A stretch of DNA of 55,971 nucleotides from Chromera velia (taxonomy: Eukaryota). Below, in pieces: positions 37,289 through 52,100 of the stretch. A program made the position numbers and the translations under genes. The first letter of the stretch is position 1. The number at the start of each line of letters is the position of its first letter. Location of the stretch: assembly GCA_018398765.1 (NCBI GenBank), contig JAHBMJ010000121.1:1-55971 (forward strand), written 5' to 3'. Under the pieces are notes generated by a model. The model was not told where the DNA came from. It searched no databases and worked only from the letters and a program-made list of their open reading frames with translations.

Positions 37289-37808
37289 ATGAGTTGGGGT
37301 GAGTATGAGCCTGACGTCTTGCTTGACGGTGCAGGAAGAGGTGGGGAGAAGGAGACGAAAGATACCCCGGATGTGGCTCCTGTGCTGGAAGAATCTGATC
37401 TCAAGAAGTGTTTCTGTGGCGTCCTAGATCCTGACGTCATCCGAAAAGTCAGCTCACCAAGCTCTGCATTGTTTCTCCTTTTCTTTCTGGTTATGTCCCT
37501 GTCCCACCCCTCCGGGCTTTTGGATGGCCGACTCGATCATTTTGCGTATGTGTGTAAATCTGCATGCATGCGTCCATGTTGCTTTGCATGTACATGTGAG
37601 TCAGTCAATCTGATCATTTTTGGGTCGGGCCTTATTCAATCAACCAGCATGATCTGGAAAGCATTTCTGAAATGTCCAATGTCTGACGACCCTCCCCGAG
37701 TCCAACATTCTTTTACATGAGCAACACAGGCAGGCGGCAGCCAGTTAGTGAGTCAGTCCGTCAGTCAGTCAGTCAGTCAGTCTGTCTGTCTGTCTGTCTG
37801 TCTGCCTA

Positions 37809-37854
<46 letters not shown>

Positions 37855-40781
37855 AGTCAGTCAGTCAGTCAGTCAGTCAGTCGGTCAGTCAGGCAGGCAG
37901 GCAGGCAGTCAGTCAATCAGTCAATCAGTCAGTCAGTCAGTCAGGCAGGCAGGCAGGCAGTCAGTCAGTCAGCCACTCTGTGCGTGCCCGCAGAAAAGAC
38001 TGGGGTGTACAGATCAACACGACGCCAACCACTTTGACTGGCAATTCGTCTTGGTGATGCCGAGCGGAATCCCCCCTCCAGAAGAAGAGGTCAGAAGACA
38101 GCAGGAGGCCGGGGGGGGGAAGGGGTGAGGGACAGCGAAGCAGACGGCGTCGGCTGAAGAATGCAGAAAGAAGCTAAAGACACGGACTGCGTATCGAGAG
38201 TATTTTTGTCAGACGGAGAAAGAAAGTGCGTCTGTCTGCTCTCATCCCACCTTCAAGTATAGAAGAGCCTGCCGCCACGGTTTCCCCTCGGAGCATGCAT
38301 GACACATCTCGACAGCATGCATGACATAAGAATCCGTCAGATCGCCTTTCTTGCGTCCCTGATCTGGGATGCTGCGGCCTAAGGCCTGTGCATTTTGTGT
38401 TTCACATTGCAGCAAGGAGAAGGGCAGACAGCAATCGACTTCAAAAAAGCGTGTAGAATCTTCGATGATTGTTTTCGGGTCCGTCAGCCTTCTTTCTGGA
38501 AAGAATCAGAAATCTGCTGATTGATTTCCGTCGTCTGAGCCTAATCGTTTCTTTGTCGATTTCCTCTCATGAGTATTGATCCTTCTCCTGTCAGTGTATT
38601 TTCTCCACAAATTAAAGTTTTTCTGTTGTTTTTTTTTATCTGTTTGAAAAAATGCGTTTCCAGTCACCCTTCTGTTGTTGCACTGGTCTTCCTTCCTCAC
38701 GTTTTAGTTCCTTTCCTTTCCATTCCTCCCTCCCTGCAGGGAGAGGAGGTCGTGGAAGCAGGGAGCTCACGACAGGAGGAGAGGACCGCCATTGAGAAAG
38801 AAGCGTTTCTGGACGCCTTCCAAGAACTCCCGGCCTTCTTTCCCAAATGGCGTCTCTTCGATCCAGACTGGCAACAGAAAATCCAGGAACACAAAATGCG
38901 AAGAGCCAGAGCTGCAAGACAACGCCCCCGTATGAACCTGACGAAGCAAATCAACGGAGCCCGCACCCCCAGGAACCAACGTCACAGATCCCCCAGCAGG
39001 GCACGAGGGACGCCACATGCACACGGAGGTTCCGTGAGGGGTTCTTTACGTTTTTCTCCCCAGGTGGAAATAGCGGGAGTACACCAGGCACCCCCTCCCC
39101 CCTCCCCTCTTGATATGGAAGAAGAAGCCGGGAGCAGTTGCTGGGGAGATGCCACGCAGAGTCACGGGGGGGGTGGAGGGAGCATGAGCCGAGTAGGACG
39201 AGACTGGCCCTCGGAGAGTGCTGGGTGGCCAAGCGAAGGTCAGGCCAGTGCCAGACATTGGCCCGACGAGAGACCCTCAGCACAAGGAGTCGGTCAGACC
39301 GTGGGGGGGGGTTGGCCTAGTGAAGGTTTGAGTCGCACTCTCTCGGGGGGAAGGGGACAGTGGCCCGACGAGGCGACCGGAAGCTCCAATTTCCGACGGG
39401 GAGGGACGGTAGATGACGGCTGGGATGCGTGGGGGGGGGCAGACGAGACGGTGGCCCCGTACGCCCACCGTGGAGATCCGGAAAGAAGCATCCGGAATGC
39501 TGGAGGGCCGAAGGCGGAGCCGGTCAGCGTGATGACTCCGGGAATGGGCAGGCAGGATTCGGTAGGAGGGTATGAGGTGGTGACTGGAATAGGAAAATTG
39601 GGAGTTGGATTTTCGGATGTTTTGGGTTCTTCTTCTGTTGTTGGCCCTGCTCATTCAGGAAGAACCTCCGCCCTCCGACAGACCTCCTTCCGACAGGACG
39701 AGGGGGGTAGGAGAAGAGGAGGGGGCGCAATGGATCTGGAGGAAGTGGAAGAGTTGAGGCGACAAGTCGAGGACACTCTGTTCCCGAATGTCGTCTCAGA
39801 ACAAAATAAATTGCGTACAGGTAGGCGCGCCCTCCGTTTTTGAAGACAGTTCGATCCTGCGGGAATTTTCAATGTGAAAACATGTGCACGAATCCTTGGT
39901 GGTTCAACAGGCCGATTGAGATCTGCTGATGAATCTTCGACAGTAACAACTTATCCCAGCATTGCTCACCCTCTTTCTCTCTCGCACTTCTTAATGCAGA
40001 CAGGTCTCTCTCCACATGAGATATGCGCCGTGCGCTTTTTGTGCATGCGCATCTGTTGACGTCAACCTGTGTGCATCCGAGAGCGAGTATTACTGTCTGC
40101 TTCTGTCAGTAAGTATGGTGTGAAATCAAAGCAGGGTGATTATTTCTGTACGTTTCTAACCCTGCTTCACCTGTGTGCTTGCAGGACTTCCCCTGGACGT
40201 ACAGAGAGTGACTGACGAGAGCCTGAACAGAAACTTTCAAGATCTGATGCTCAGAGTCGTTGTGGCTAAATTGAGTCTCCACTGCCAACTAGATGTCAGA
40301 CCTGTCTTCTCGACAGACAAGAGGTAAGGAGGGAAAAGAAACCGAGAACGCTTCACTTTGCACCCGGGGCAAAGACACGGAAGTAGAAAGTTTCCTCTAT
40401 TGTATATTTGACGTCACGGCTGCGAGAAGAGAGAAGACGCGCGGAATTTTCCAGGAGGGGAGTCTGAGTCCGCTTCTTGTAAGATTGCACTGTAACCTTT
40501 GTTGTGGTGGGTGTGAGTGCAGGAAGGTCTTTCTCTTCATCCGAGCCGACAGCGACGACTTAGAGAGGGAGGCTGCTAGAAGCTCAACTCTCACCGAGGT
40601 CCGTCTGATGGGAAGGAGCTCTCGCTGAGCCTTCCTTCCTTCTTTGTGTCTCTAATTGTGGTGCATTCTTGCCCCTCGATCATTCTGCCCCTTTTATTGT
40701 TTTTGGAGCTCTCTAATCTCCATGGTTTTCATTCCTGTGGGAAATGTTTCTGTTCACCCGCGCGCGCGCGCGCGTGCGTGC

Positions 40782-40820
<39 letters not shown>

Positions 40821-42969
40821 AACTCAAATGACGCATCAAAAACGTTTCACCCCAACCTGGCTGATTGTCCTGTCCTGTCCTGTCCTGTCCTGCTGCAGTT
40901 GAAGGCCGCGCAGTTCGATGGAGATGCTCTGGAGCCCTGCACGTCGGAATTTGTCCCTCTGAGAGAGGCCGTTTTATCTCTTCTGGCGAGGAGGCCGGTG
41001 AGGCGCCACTGCCTATCTTTTCGCTGGTTTGCTACCCCACCTCTCTCTGTGTATGTGTAATGGATCTGCAGCTACAACGTGCAAGTTTGAGGAAAGACAT
41101 TGATGCAGAAAGAACATTTAGACCGCAGCGGAAAGGTTGTTCGCTTCGGCCATTTCCACAAATCACATTCTTTCGTTACGGTCATCAGTCGCTTTTGTAG
41201 AGACAATCATCCACACAGAGTCCCATCCTCGAGCCTCTGCTCCTTGCAGGAACTTCAAGACAAGTCAGAGGTCTCAGGCATCCCTCCTTTGCTCAAGATG
41301 GTTGCGGCATCCTTCCAAAGGGTGGCCGATTCACCAGCTGTAAATATGGCAGACCTGCCTCACGTGAGGTCAGCAAGACAAATCCAATCCAACAGCTGCA
41401 ACATGAGGGTCATTGGCGATGAAGAGAATGGAAAGCACCTCCATGCATCGGCGTAGGGCAAAGAGTTTCGCTGTCAAGAGCGTAACCAACAGATTGCACA
41501 ATACGGAACACCAGCTGTTGTGTCCCTTGCCCCTCTTTCGCCATAGCAGGTGTCCTCCATGCAGATTAAGTCATGCAGAATACTCTGCTCGCCTGCTGTA
41601 TGTTTGCCTGCTTCTAGCTTCAAGTTCTTCCTTGTCTAATCTTTTTTTTGTTGGCCTCCTTGCCTGCCCTTACGGTTTGCATATGCACAGCATCTTTTTG
41701 GACTGGTGGGACATGACTGGCCGAGCCGAGGTGGAGCAGTTGGGAGATGCTGCGGTGTTGGCCTCCGAGAAGCGGCAGTTTCTCTCTGTGCTGAGGGGTG
41801 CTGAGAAAGAGGCGTTGAAGATCAAGGAGCAGGAGGCGAAAGCGGCACAGAAACTTGATGCCTCGGAGAAGAAGAGAGAGCAGGCAGCTCTCGACAAAGA
41901 CAAAGAGAAAATGCTGGGTCAGCGCAGGCAGCAAAGAAAGGGCTTTCAAAAAGTTTTTTGCTAGGAACTCTTTGGCACCTGTGAAAAAATTGCTATGCGA
42001 CTTGACCTGCATGTCTCTATTGATTCCTTCTGCATGCAGGCTTGACGACCGCGCTTCTGCAGACGGTGAGCCACCGAGACGCAGAGACGAGGGAGGAATG
42101 GCTAGAGGAATGGATGGACGAGGTTCGGGACAAAACGGAAGCTCAGAAAGGTCAGTCATTTTGCGGAGTACTCAAACAGTCAGATACTGGTTCTGTGCCA
42201 TTGTGCGTCCTTTGGACCCCTTCCATTTGGCAGGCTGAGAATCCACCCAAGAAAGAGAAGTCCAGCACAAATGTTCATGCACAAATCCATCGTCGCTGCT
42301 GGGAAACGAAGACTTCTGAGCAAACCCCATAATGCTCATTCTGACTTTGCTGCAGGTTGTGCAACACAGATGCAGTTGCGATGCAAAAAGGTTTCAACGA
42401 AGGGGTCCTCGGAGGGAGCCGCAGGTATCGAAGAGCCGGTGAAAGTGGAGAGGACAGATCGCGAGGTTCTCAACACAGCAAAAACATTCAAAGGGTATGA
42501 AAGAGGGGAGAGAGAAGGGGGTCTGATCAACAAGCACGGTGGGACAAAATTCTCCACGCGAGAGACTGTGTACTGCTGCCTTTTCTCCTTCTTGCAGATT
42601 CCTTCGCCTCCTTGTTGAACTCCCTTCTCTGGGTTACTTTGAAGCACTCACTGCTGTCAGTCGCCTTCTTTTGAGCGGGGTGCACATTGACTTTGAGTGC
42701 TTTCAGCCTCTCCCTGAAGAGAGAGAGAATCCTGCGACTCAGCTGACGCATGACACTACTCCTTCTCTTTCTGGCTTCCTTCCATTAATGAGGACTTGGT
42801 GTCTCTCTCAACTTTGAGCGGCACCTTCGATTTGTGCCTTATGCAAAAATGACTCATCGTGCAATTCAGATTCCTGCTGTGTTTCTGCATGCAGGCCAAT
42901 GTGGAGGCAGAGAGGGAAGCCTACAAGATTCGGAATCTCTGGGGACACCTGGCATTTCCTGTCAGTGGT

Positions 42970-43007
<38 letters not shown>

Positions 43008-43089
43008 GTGTGTGTGTGTATTGCGTCCGCTTTGTTCTCGTCTATCTCGAGGTGTTTGTTCGCCTAATTGTTTTTCGTACCGTGTGCTG

Positions 43090-43145
<56 letters not shown>

Positions 43146-46100
43146 TACGTGTTCACTTGTCAATCTGTGTGTGTTTCTCCATGTGCACGGTTGCGGTGTG
43201 CACAAGTCGTTTTCTCAAGCTGTCGGCCTGCGAGCTCGCTCCACACAACTGTACTTCTGAGTGCTGTCGATATTTTACCCTTGCCTTCTCCCCTCTGTCG
43301 AATCTTTCTGGCCAAATCGTTGCAGGAACCTCCCCCCGCTTTTGCACCCTTCAGCTTCAGTGAGAAGCTCGAACCCTTGTGGAAGAGGGAGACTGTGGAT
43401 ACAGACGGAGACGGAACCTTCCTCGCCCTCTGGACACCCGGTCAGAAAGGGGTTTGGTGGGTGGGTGAGTGGATCGAGGAGTGAATGGGTCAAGGAAGGT
43501 GGGGAGGGAAGCTCGTACCCCCCCCCCAAGAAAGCCGATGCTTTCTGTTTGCGTGTGCATTCATTCCATCGTATTCCTGATGCATGTATGCCCCAATGGA
43601 TGGAGGTTTGTCTTTGACACTGCATGCATGTGTGTTTGACTGACCTTCGTGGCTTTACATGCAGCTGGGCGTCTGAAGATCCTGAGTCACCTGATAGATC
43701 GACAAGTGAAGATACCCAGGCTCCTCCAGCACAAAGTTGCAGAGGAATTTTTCCCTCTGGACTCCTATCACAAATTCGAGAGCGCGGTGAGTCGCTCAGA
43801 TAGGAGTGCACCGATTCAAATAGACAGACCGGCAGAAAGGTAGTGGTGACCCGAGTGGACAGAATGAACAATATGTTTTGCTCCTCGAAGAATCAAGGGG
43901 CAACGCTGATTTCTTCTGCTCGTGGTAGCTCGGCTCTCCTGTTTTGGGTTTGCATCTTCCAGCTACAGAACTCCCTGTTGGTTGACTGGCTCCAAAACTT
44001 TTGCAAGATAGACGTAGGGCCCAGTTCTGTTCACATAGCTGCTCGCGTGTATTGCCTTCTGCACCGCAAACTTGGTTCAGTGCGACCATGCAGGAAAGCT
44101 GTTGTACTAAATTCCTCAACGAAGCGGGGTCTTCTCGCAGCTAGCTTTCATTCACATACTCTTTGACTGTTCTTCCCACTTGATTCGCAGGGCCTGGTCC
44201 ACTTTTGTTCGATCGATTCCCGCCTGTGGCCCCTGACCAAGCACATGACCAGCCAGAGGGAGGCCTGGCTGAAGGGCGACAAGGAGGGAAACATCGGGCG
44301 TCAAGCCCACTTTGTCAGCACGGGAAGCAGAAAAAACAGGAGTGAACCTGTAGGGGACAGCGAGGAAGGCAAAACAGCGGCTGGGAAGCGGGAGAGAGAG
44401 GAATCGAAAAACCTCATCCTCGCTGAAGACCCTCCTTATCCTCAAGAGATGACGGCAAACGAAATCGCAGACTTTGTCAGTCCACTATTTGCGATGCGAC
44501 TCTTCTGCTCTGAAATGCTCTGCTTTTCTGAGTTTCCTCTGGGCCTAGCGCCCTTGCAGAAAGCACCCACCTAGTGGTCGGTTCTTCTGCTTGCAGTGAA
44601 CGTCGCTCCGTTTTCTATCTATCTGTCTATCTTCCTTCTTTCCTTCCGTCCTTCCTGCCTGCCTGCCTCACCTCGTTCATTCTCACACTCCCTTTTCTAT
44701 TCTCTGAAAAGGTTTAAGCTTCAGTGTGTCATTTTGGGATGTCCAATACGCATTCCGACTCTCTTACAGAAGGGAGAGAGGAGGTCTGATGTTCGGTTGC
44801 ATAATATTATTGTTTGCAGGTAGACCGACAGCCTAAGAGGAATTTCATGATGGCGACTTTCGACTTTGTGAGAACGATGACCATCCACACGCCTCTCGAT
44901 GCCTTCCGTGCATACTTTGGAGAGAAGGTAAGCAGAGTGTGCAAGATACCTGAGACAAGAACATGTTTGACTGAATCAAAATGAGCAAACTGTGAATTCA
45001 GACGAGGATTGTGCAAGAAAGTCCGCAAATTAACTTTCCAACAGTAGCCTGGTGCCTCTCTCTTGGCAGAGCAGCATCAATTGCTCCCCCTCCAAGACCA
45101 AGAGAGGTTCTGTCTTTTTGAATGACCGTCCGTCAACCTGCCTCAGAAAGCCCTGAATTTCTTATTTTTTGTGCTTTCTCTGTTGTGCTGTTGCAGGTGG
45201 CTTTCTACTTTGCTTTCTTGGTCAGTCAGTTTTTCGGACATTTCTCCAGATCTCCAAGTCTCAGTTTTTTGGGCAGACACAAAAAATTTGAATTGAGAAG
45301 GGAGCAGCGACCTCCTTCTCAAGTACATTTTGAAAATGAGCCGGGAAGAGAATTGAGCAGTATTTGAGGCCCTAAGCGCACTCTCGTTTCCCTAAGTTCC
45401 TCTGCCAACGTGTGTGTGTACGTGTATGTGTGTGTGTGTGTGCCTGTTCGCAGGGCCATCTGCCGGCGACTTTACTATCAGCTGGGTATCTCGGAATGGC
45501 GGCTTGGATCATGCAGTTGGTGATTCCAGACAAAACGGACGGAAGGAGGAGGGCTGTGGACATCGGCTTTTCCTTTTGCGTCGTTATCTGGGGGGCTTTC
45601 TGTCAGTTACCTTCTCTACCGTTTCTGCATTCGTTATCGTCCTGGACCTTCCCTTCAGTTTCCTGTCTCCGCTGAGTCCTGCACTGAGCACTCTTGACGC
45701 CTCCTTGCCCGTCCTTTTGCCAAATAGAATGCACGGACAAAGAGCTCAGCAAAGCAGAGAAAGAGGAGAGAACGAATGACTTCTCACCCCCTCTCCCTCC
45801 TCCTCCTTGCAGTCATCTCCAGCTGGAGACGGGAGGAGAGATTGTTGGGAGACAAGTCAGTCGAGGAAGGAAGGAAGGAAGGAAGGAAGGAAGGAAATTG
45901 CATGGGGTCCATGTCGTTGTGGGTTCCTTCCAGGCAAAGCCGTGCAAGTGAATGAACATGAGTAAAGGCCGACAGAGATTATGAGGGTGCGTATACTACC
46001 TTTCCCGACTCCACTTCAATTCCTGACCCCATTCTCAAACTATAGTTTCTTGAGCTCTTGGATGTTTTTCAACGTCGTTGCGCTCTTTCATTTACTCACC

Positions 46101-49100
46101 AAATCTTTTCATGTGAGACTCCATTCAATTATGCTTTCTTCGTTTTGTTGGACCAAGAAAAAAGACTGGGGCACAGGCAGAATGCGTGATCGATGGTGCA
46201 ACTGTGCGCAGATGGGGCATGTCAACTCTCTCGAAGGTCCAGAGGCCAAGACCGGAATTCAAGGGAGAGACCAGGAGATCACCTGTGAATGAGACTGAGA
46301 CGGACATTTTCTTTCCGACCTACATCACGTGAGTGTTCCCGAAGCTTTTCCCTTTCTTTTGTTTCTTATTGTCTGCATGTGTGCCTTCTAAGTGCCTATC
46401 GCTCCGTTGGTCTGGCTGTCTTTTGTGAGGACCTTCGTGTCGATGGGTCTCTTCTATTGTGTGTCCGGCTTTGGATGTGCTCCAGATCAGATGGGCATCG
46501 ATGCTCTAGACATGTCTGAAGCTTTTATCTTTCCACTTTCGCTGTGGAATGAATCGTGAGGTATCGTTTGATTATGGATCTTCCCTTCATAGCTTCCACT
46601 TGCGAAACTCCATCCATGCAGCTTCTGTCTCTCCTTTTTGTGTCTCCTCCTCTTTTTCTCGCTTTTTCTCTTCAGACTCCTCCGGATATCCGTCGGTGCG
46701 GCGATCATCGCTGTGCTTGTGACCAGTTCGGGTCTGTCGAATGAGGGTCTTCCGCTTTCTTTCAAAGGGGTCTTTTGTGCGGGTACATCTCGACATTTCT
46801 CTTTTCCCTTGTCTTTTCAGGTGGAGTGCTTCGTGTGTGGCTTTTATAAATTGTTCTTGTCGATGCCAGCTGGTGGTTGATGAGAGGTTGACCTCTTGTC
46901 GTCTGATGTTGCGATCCTTTCTTTGGCTCTCCTAGACGACCATCGACTCCATGCATAAAAAATGAATCTGGTTTTGGAATCCTGTTGCTTTCTTCCTTCT
47001 GCAGCCACAATTTCGTACTGGCTTGCGATTTTGCGAAGTGTCTGGACAAAAGAAGTGGAGGACGCATGGAAAGCATACAACGATGGGGGGCAGGAGGGGC
47101 CCTCTCCTCGGGAGACAGTGAAGTGGTATATCGCGAAGGAGAACGCAACGACTGTGACGAGTGTCATTGACTCTCTTTCAGGAACTGTATTTACAAGTGG
47201 AGGGGGCATGCTGGTAATTGCACTTTGTGACTGGTCCGTTGACATGTAGATGAGTTGTTTTCATGGTTTCAAGAGGGTATCTGATTAGTCTTTCGCTCAC
47301 ATTGTGCGCTTTCAAAGCGGTGACAAGCTTTGGCCAAGCTGCTGTGAGTTTCGTTGTGGCATATTCGTGAAGGGTTTGACACTCTCTCAGACTCTCAGGG
47401 AGAGGCACGCAGAAAGCGAGGGCTCTAGAGATAGAGCAAACCAGTGCAAAAGCGAGACGGCCACATTGAGAGAGACCAAATAGGAAGATTGAAAAAGCGG
47501 GGTGTTCTGACGATGAGCAAAAACAAAGTCATCGATCCCAAAGATGCAGGCGAGTGTGAATTTCTCAAAGTGGACGGAAGTTCGAGGCCGATTGACTTTA
47601 CGAAAACACAATCAGAAAGTCCTCATTGCACCCTGCAGGTATAATGTCAAGTTCAAGACGACCTACGAGGCGCTCCTCGCTTACGAAGCGTTTGCCATTC
47701 AGGTGACGGTCAAGTTTTGGCCTTTCGTCCTCACCGCCTTTTTCAAGCCGGCCATCTCGGTCAGTCAGAGAGCCACCACAGGCTCTCACTGATGGCAGGC
47801 GGGCAGAAAGGCGTATTTGTGAAATCCTTTTGACGAGAAAAGGTCGACTTATTCTCGAGAAGAGTGGAAGGAAGATTCTTGCACACTCCTTGGCTTTCTT
47901 TCTCTGCTCCCTTTTGCGTTCAATTTGCTTCTCTGTCTGTCTGCATGCAGGGCTGCATCGTTCCCGAGACAGAAACTCCTTTTGTCAGCTCGACAGAGTT
48001 GGTGTTGCCAGAGGACAACCCCAGCTGCCTCCACGAATTGAGGAATCAAATCTTCACTGCATTCATCACTCAGGTCGGACGTACTGAAGTCTCATTTGTT
48101 CGTGCATCCATCCATAGCGTCCGTACAGAAGGCAACAGGAAGGAAAAAGAAGCCCCTACTTCCCATCCATTGCATCGTCACGGAGAGGGAGGCCTTTCTC
48201 ATTGATGAGTCCCCCCCTGTGCATGTCCAGAGGAATTTCCACGATTAAGTGTCGTTGAAGAAGGCTCGTACTACGATGCTGTTCCTCGCTTGCGAGACAC
48301 GTGATTCTTCCTTTTCGGTAGACCAAAGTCTGTGAATCAATAGGGGAACCCCGCGAAAGCTACATTGCTTGCTGCCCCTTAGCACATCTTTCTCCTTCAC
48401 ACCCACTTGACAAGAGTTTCCTACCAGTGGCTATTTGGCTTTTTTTTTGTCTCTGCAGATGTCTTTGAATCTGGTCGAACTCGCAACCCCTTACGGGACC
48501 TATTTGTTTCATGAATACTACAGGGACTGGCGCTTTTGTGTCAGAAGGAGAAAGCAGGTAGGCGCTTTTGTGTCAGAAGGAGAAAGCAGGTAGGCCCTCT
48601 CTTCTCGTGTCAGAAGGAGAAAGCTGGTAGGCTTTTTTGTGTCAAAAGGAGAAGCCAGGTGGCAGGGGAGGGCCCTTCACAAAAGAAAAACCAATCACAA
48701 GAGCTCCTCTTCCACACCCACACGTCAAAACACCGAAGGAAGAACTTATCGATAGTAGGAGTAGTGCAGTCTCTCACTCTTGAGAGAGAAAGCAATAGAG
48801 AGAGAATAAATCCATGCAACACAGGAGACAAATAGAGTTGCAACCCCATTGGTTGCACGCCAACCTCCGCCCTCCGCTTCCATCTGCAGGTCCGGGAGAG
48901 CCTCGCAACTCAAAAGCCGCTCCCGCCGGACCTCAGCGCTTTCGTGTCCGTTCCCCTCGAGCAGAACGCCTCTCGTGTTCTTGACCCTTCTGTGCCCTCT
49001 CCCCAGGATGGAGACGGAAGAGCGCAAGCGCAGGTCTGCCTTCAAAGTGCAGCACAACAATCATCATTCATGAACTTATAACAGAAAGACAAGAATGCAA

Positions 49101-52100
49101 CATCCTGTTGGTGGAGTAGGCTTTCTTCGAATCACTTTACTCAGCTGCTTTGCCGTCGAGGGGTGCGGCCCTACAAGACTGACATTGATTGTGCAATCGT
49201 GAATGTTCGTTAATACATACGCAGGCGGCCCCCTCTGCTGCCTTCCCTTCTCCTTCTTCGCCTCCGACTCTCCTGAGGGCTTCTCTAGAGTACGCAGCCA
49301 GCCGCCAGTTGCAGCAGCCCGTGTACACGACAGGAAAGCTTGACGGGGCCTGGTCGGACTACAAGGAGGTCAGCTGTGGGAGGGCAGGGTCAAACATGAA
49401 AGCCACTGAATTTTTGCTGCTGAGTTGCTTTTCCAGACGGCGCTGCGGATAGCCAGCCAGCAGCCAACTTGAGCTCCTTGTTTGTGCCGAACGGTTTGTC
49501 AAACTTCGAGTTCAATGTTGGTTTGGATCGAGTGATTGCGAACAATTCCAATCAGCATGGTTGAAGCAGAAAAGTTGCTCCAATTTCTCTCTCGTTTGGT
49601 CTCAAGCGGTCTCTCATCTTAAAAAGCAACGAATCTGCTGCCTTGTTCTGGCTGACTGCAGCTGATGGACCTGATCTGTTACATGTCACTCTTCGTCGTT
49701 GCCGTCCCTGCTGCTCCGTTTGTCTGCTTCTTCTTCTTTCTCCTGGAGGCAAAGGTGGGAGAGATCGGTTGGAATGGAAGGGAGGGGAGGGGAAGAAAAG
49801 GGAAGGAAGGGGAGAGAGAGGGTGCACAGCGGAAAGAAAGGGAGAACAAAGAGACATTCATTGATCTTGAATCCTGTAGGCGGGGGAAGTCTGTTTCTTC
49901 TTTATCGTTGTCGCTTTCTTTCTCTTGCGACAGGGTCGGATTTTCTTTTTGTCTTCGTCACTCTCAGCGCCAAGCTAGGCCTGAGGTCTTATCGGCCTTT
50001 TGTCCTCCTTCCTTAATTCCCTGACTTCATTCCTTTTGCGAGTAATTGCAGGTCGATGCCATCAAAGTCTTCCACCTGGTTCGAAGACCCACGCCCGAAG
50101 ATGCAGACAGCATTGGACCGTGGATTGTTGTCCTTGACGTGGGCCGTGTGCATTCATCGGGTTGATAGGGGGGGGGCAGAGAAGCGATAGTTGACACACT
50201 TGTGTCGAGGCAGCTGTGACTGTCTGAAAGGAGGTGAGTGATGAGGGGGATAAACGAAATCTTCCAGAACAGTTACAGTCAGCAAGCAACGAGAGAGAGG
50301 TGACAGAGTCACTTAGAGTGGTATTCTGTCCTTCATTGAATGACTCTCGGGTGTTTGTGTTCTTGCAGGCAATATTTGTTCTGGCAGTCACGTGCAATGC
50401 CCTTTTGCTGGTCTACGTCTTCGGGTCAGCTGAGCTTTCTTTTTCGCATCCAGTCTGCTCCTTTTGTGTGTGGTGTGTATTTTTGAGCCAGTAATCTGCA
50501 AGTGCGTGTTGTTCTATTCTAGGCTCTGGAAGCGTGACACATGCATATGCACATAGACAAGGGAAACAGTGCATTGCCTAAGAGGAAATATTGATTTGCA
50601 TGCATGTGCTCCCGTTTTGATCAAGTCGCCTCTTTTTCGCATTGTGTCATTCGGCAGGCCTCTCTGTTTTTGCTCTTTGCTTTCAGCATGTCAATGTGAC
50701 AAAGTCACGTTGTGGCTCTGTGCGTGTTAGTAACCATGCAAAGAGTGTAAAAAACAACCTGGACTGGGTCATAGCATGATCATCAATCGTGTCTCTCTCT
50801 CTCTCTCTTTTCTTTTTTTTATCCTGCAGGTCCCTGGACTTCCTGATCTGGCCTCGCCCCGGTCCGGGTCGGGGTCTGTTCAACCAGGACACGGGGCGGC
50901 ATGCGGCCTTCGCGTTCCTCTTGCTGGTCTTCTGGGTGGTCTCCAAGATCACGCAGTACAATATCGACCCCACATTGGAGGTCGGCATGCTGAATGAAGA
51001 TTTGCTCCGGTCACGTGAGAAATGAAACAGAGATTTCATAACCGGAAAATATCTAGAAAAAAGTTGGGGGTCGTTAGACAAATGCACCGCAAGTTGAAAG
51101 AAGCACGTTTGTCCCTACGGAGTTCAACGTCCATTTTCCTTCCACCTGGTTGGATGAATTGATTGATGGGGAACAGGAACGTCGACTCTTTCCGGAAGGA
51201 AGGAAGGAAGGAAGGAAGGAAGCGAGGAAACATTCATGGACATGGCATTGCATGCATGCGCAAGAGGGAAGGGGAAAAGTCCTTCTGAGATGCAAACAAC
51301 CATCGAGCACCCGGTTGCAAGAACACTCTGCGACTGCTTGAGGAAGAATAAACTGTGCCTCTTGCAGTCCTTCTCGGCAGATCTTGCCCTCGCTTGAATG
51401 GACCGACAGTCAACTGCAGAAAGACAATATGGAACAGTATTCGCAAACGCCTTTACCGCTCCTTCTGTTTGTGTCCTCAATGCAGAGATTGGAGGTCGCA
51501 GCAAAACGGTCGGAGGCCCAGCTGACTTTGTGGGAGGGAAAGAATTTGAACGTCAAGAAGAGGAGCGACGCGGGCGTGTTCTTGGAAGGTGAGTGTCATA
51601 CAGTAGTCGGGTGCTCTGGAGGGGACCTGAAAATAAATGAAATCGGTGTTTTTATGCGCTGTCCAGTACTTTTGTAGAGATTGAGCTACACTTAGTTGAA
51701 GAATCTTGCGAGTTATTTGTCTTTCTTCTGTTTCTTGACTAGTTCCTCTTTCTCTCTCTCTATCTTTGTCGGTTCTTCTGTCTGTGCAGATCCCGAGACG
51801 TCACTGAGGGCCCCTCACAGACTGCTCGTTGACCCCCATCAGTACGCTCTGAGAAAGCAGGCCATAGAACAGTAAGTCGATAGTGATCGGCCACAGCCTT
51901 GCATAGCCGGTTGCATTCTTACTGGTTTTCTAGAACTGCTTTGTCTTTCGGTCTTGGAGCTGGTGTGATCCCCGCGAACGGAAGCTTCCACACATCTGTT
52001 TGTCAATTCATACATTGGTTCACTGGTTTTAATCTCCTCCCTCTTTTATCAAACCCTTTTCACCGATTTTGTATTTTGTATCGCCTTTTTGCAGGCGAAA

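Noticed and set aside
40212..40240. CTGACGA...GAAAC hammerhead-like core
   Set aside because: The intervening bases cannot form stem II and no flanking stems are evident. No hammerhead core was seen in the (ATC)n element either.
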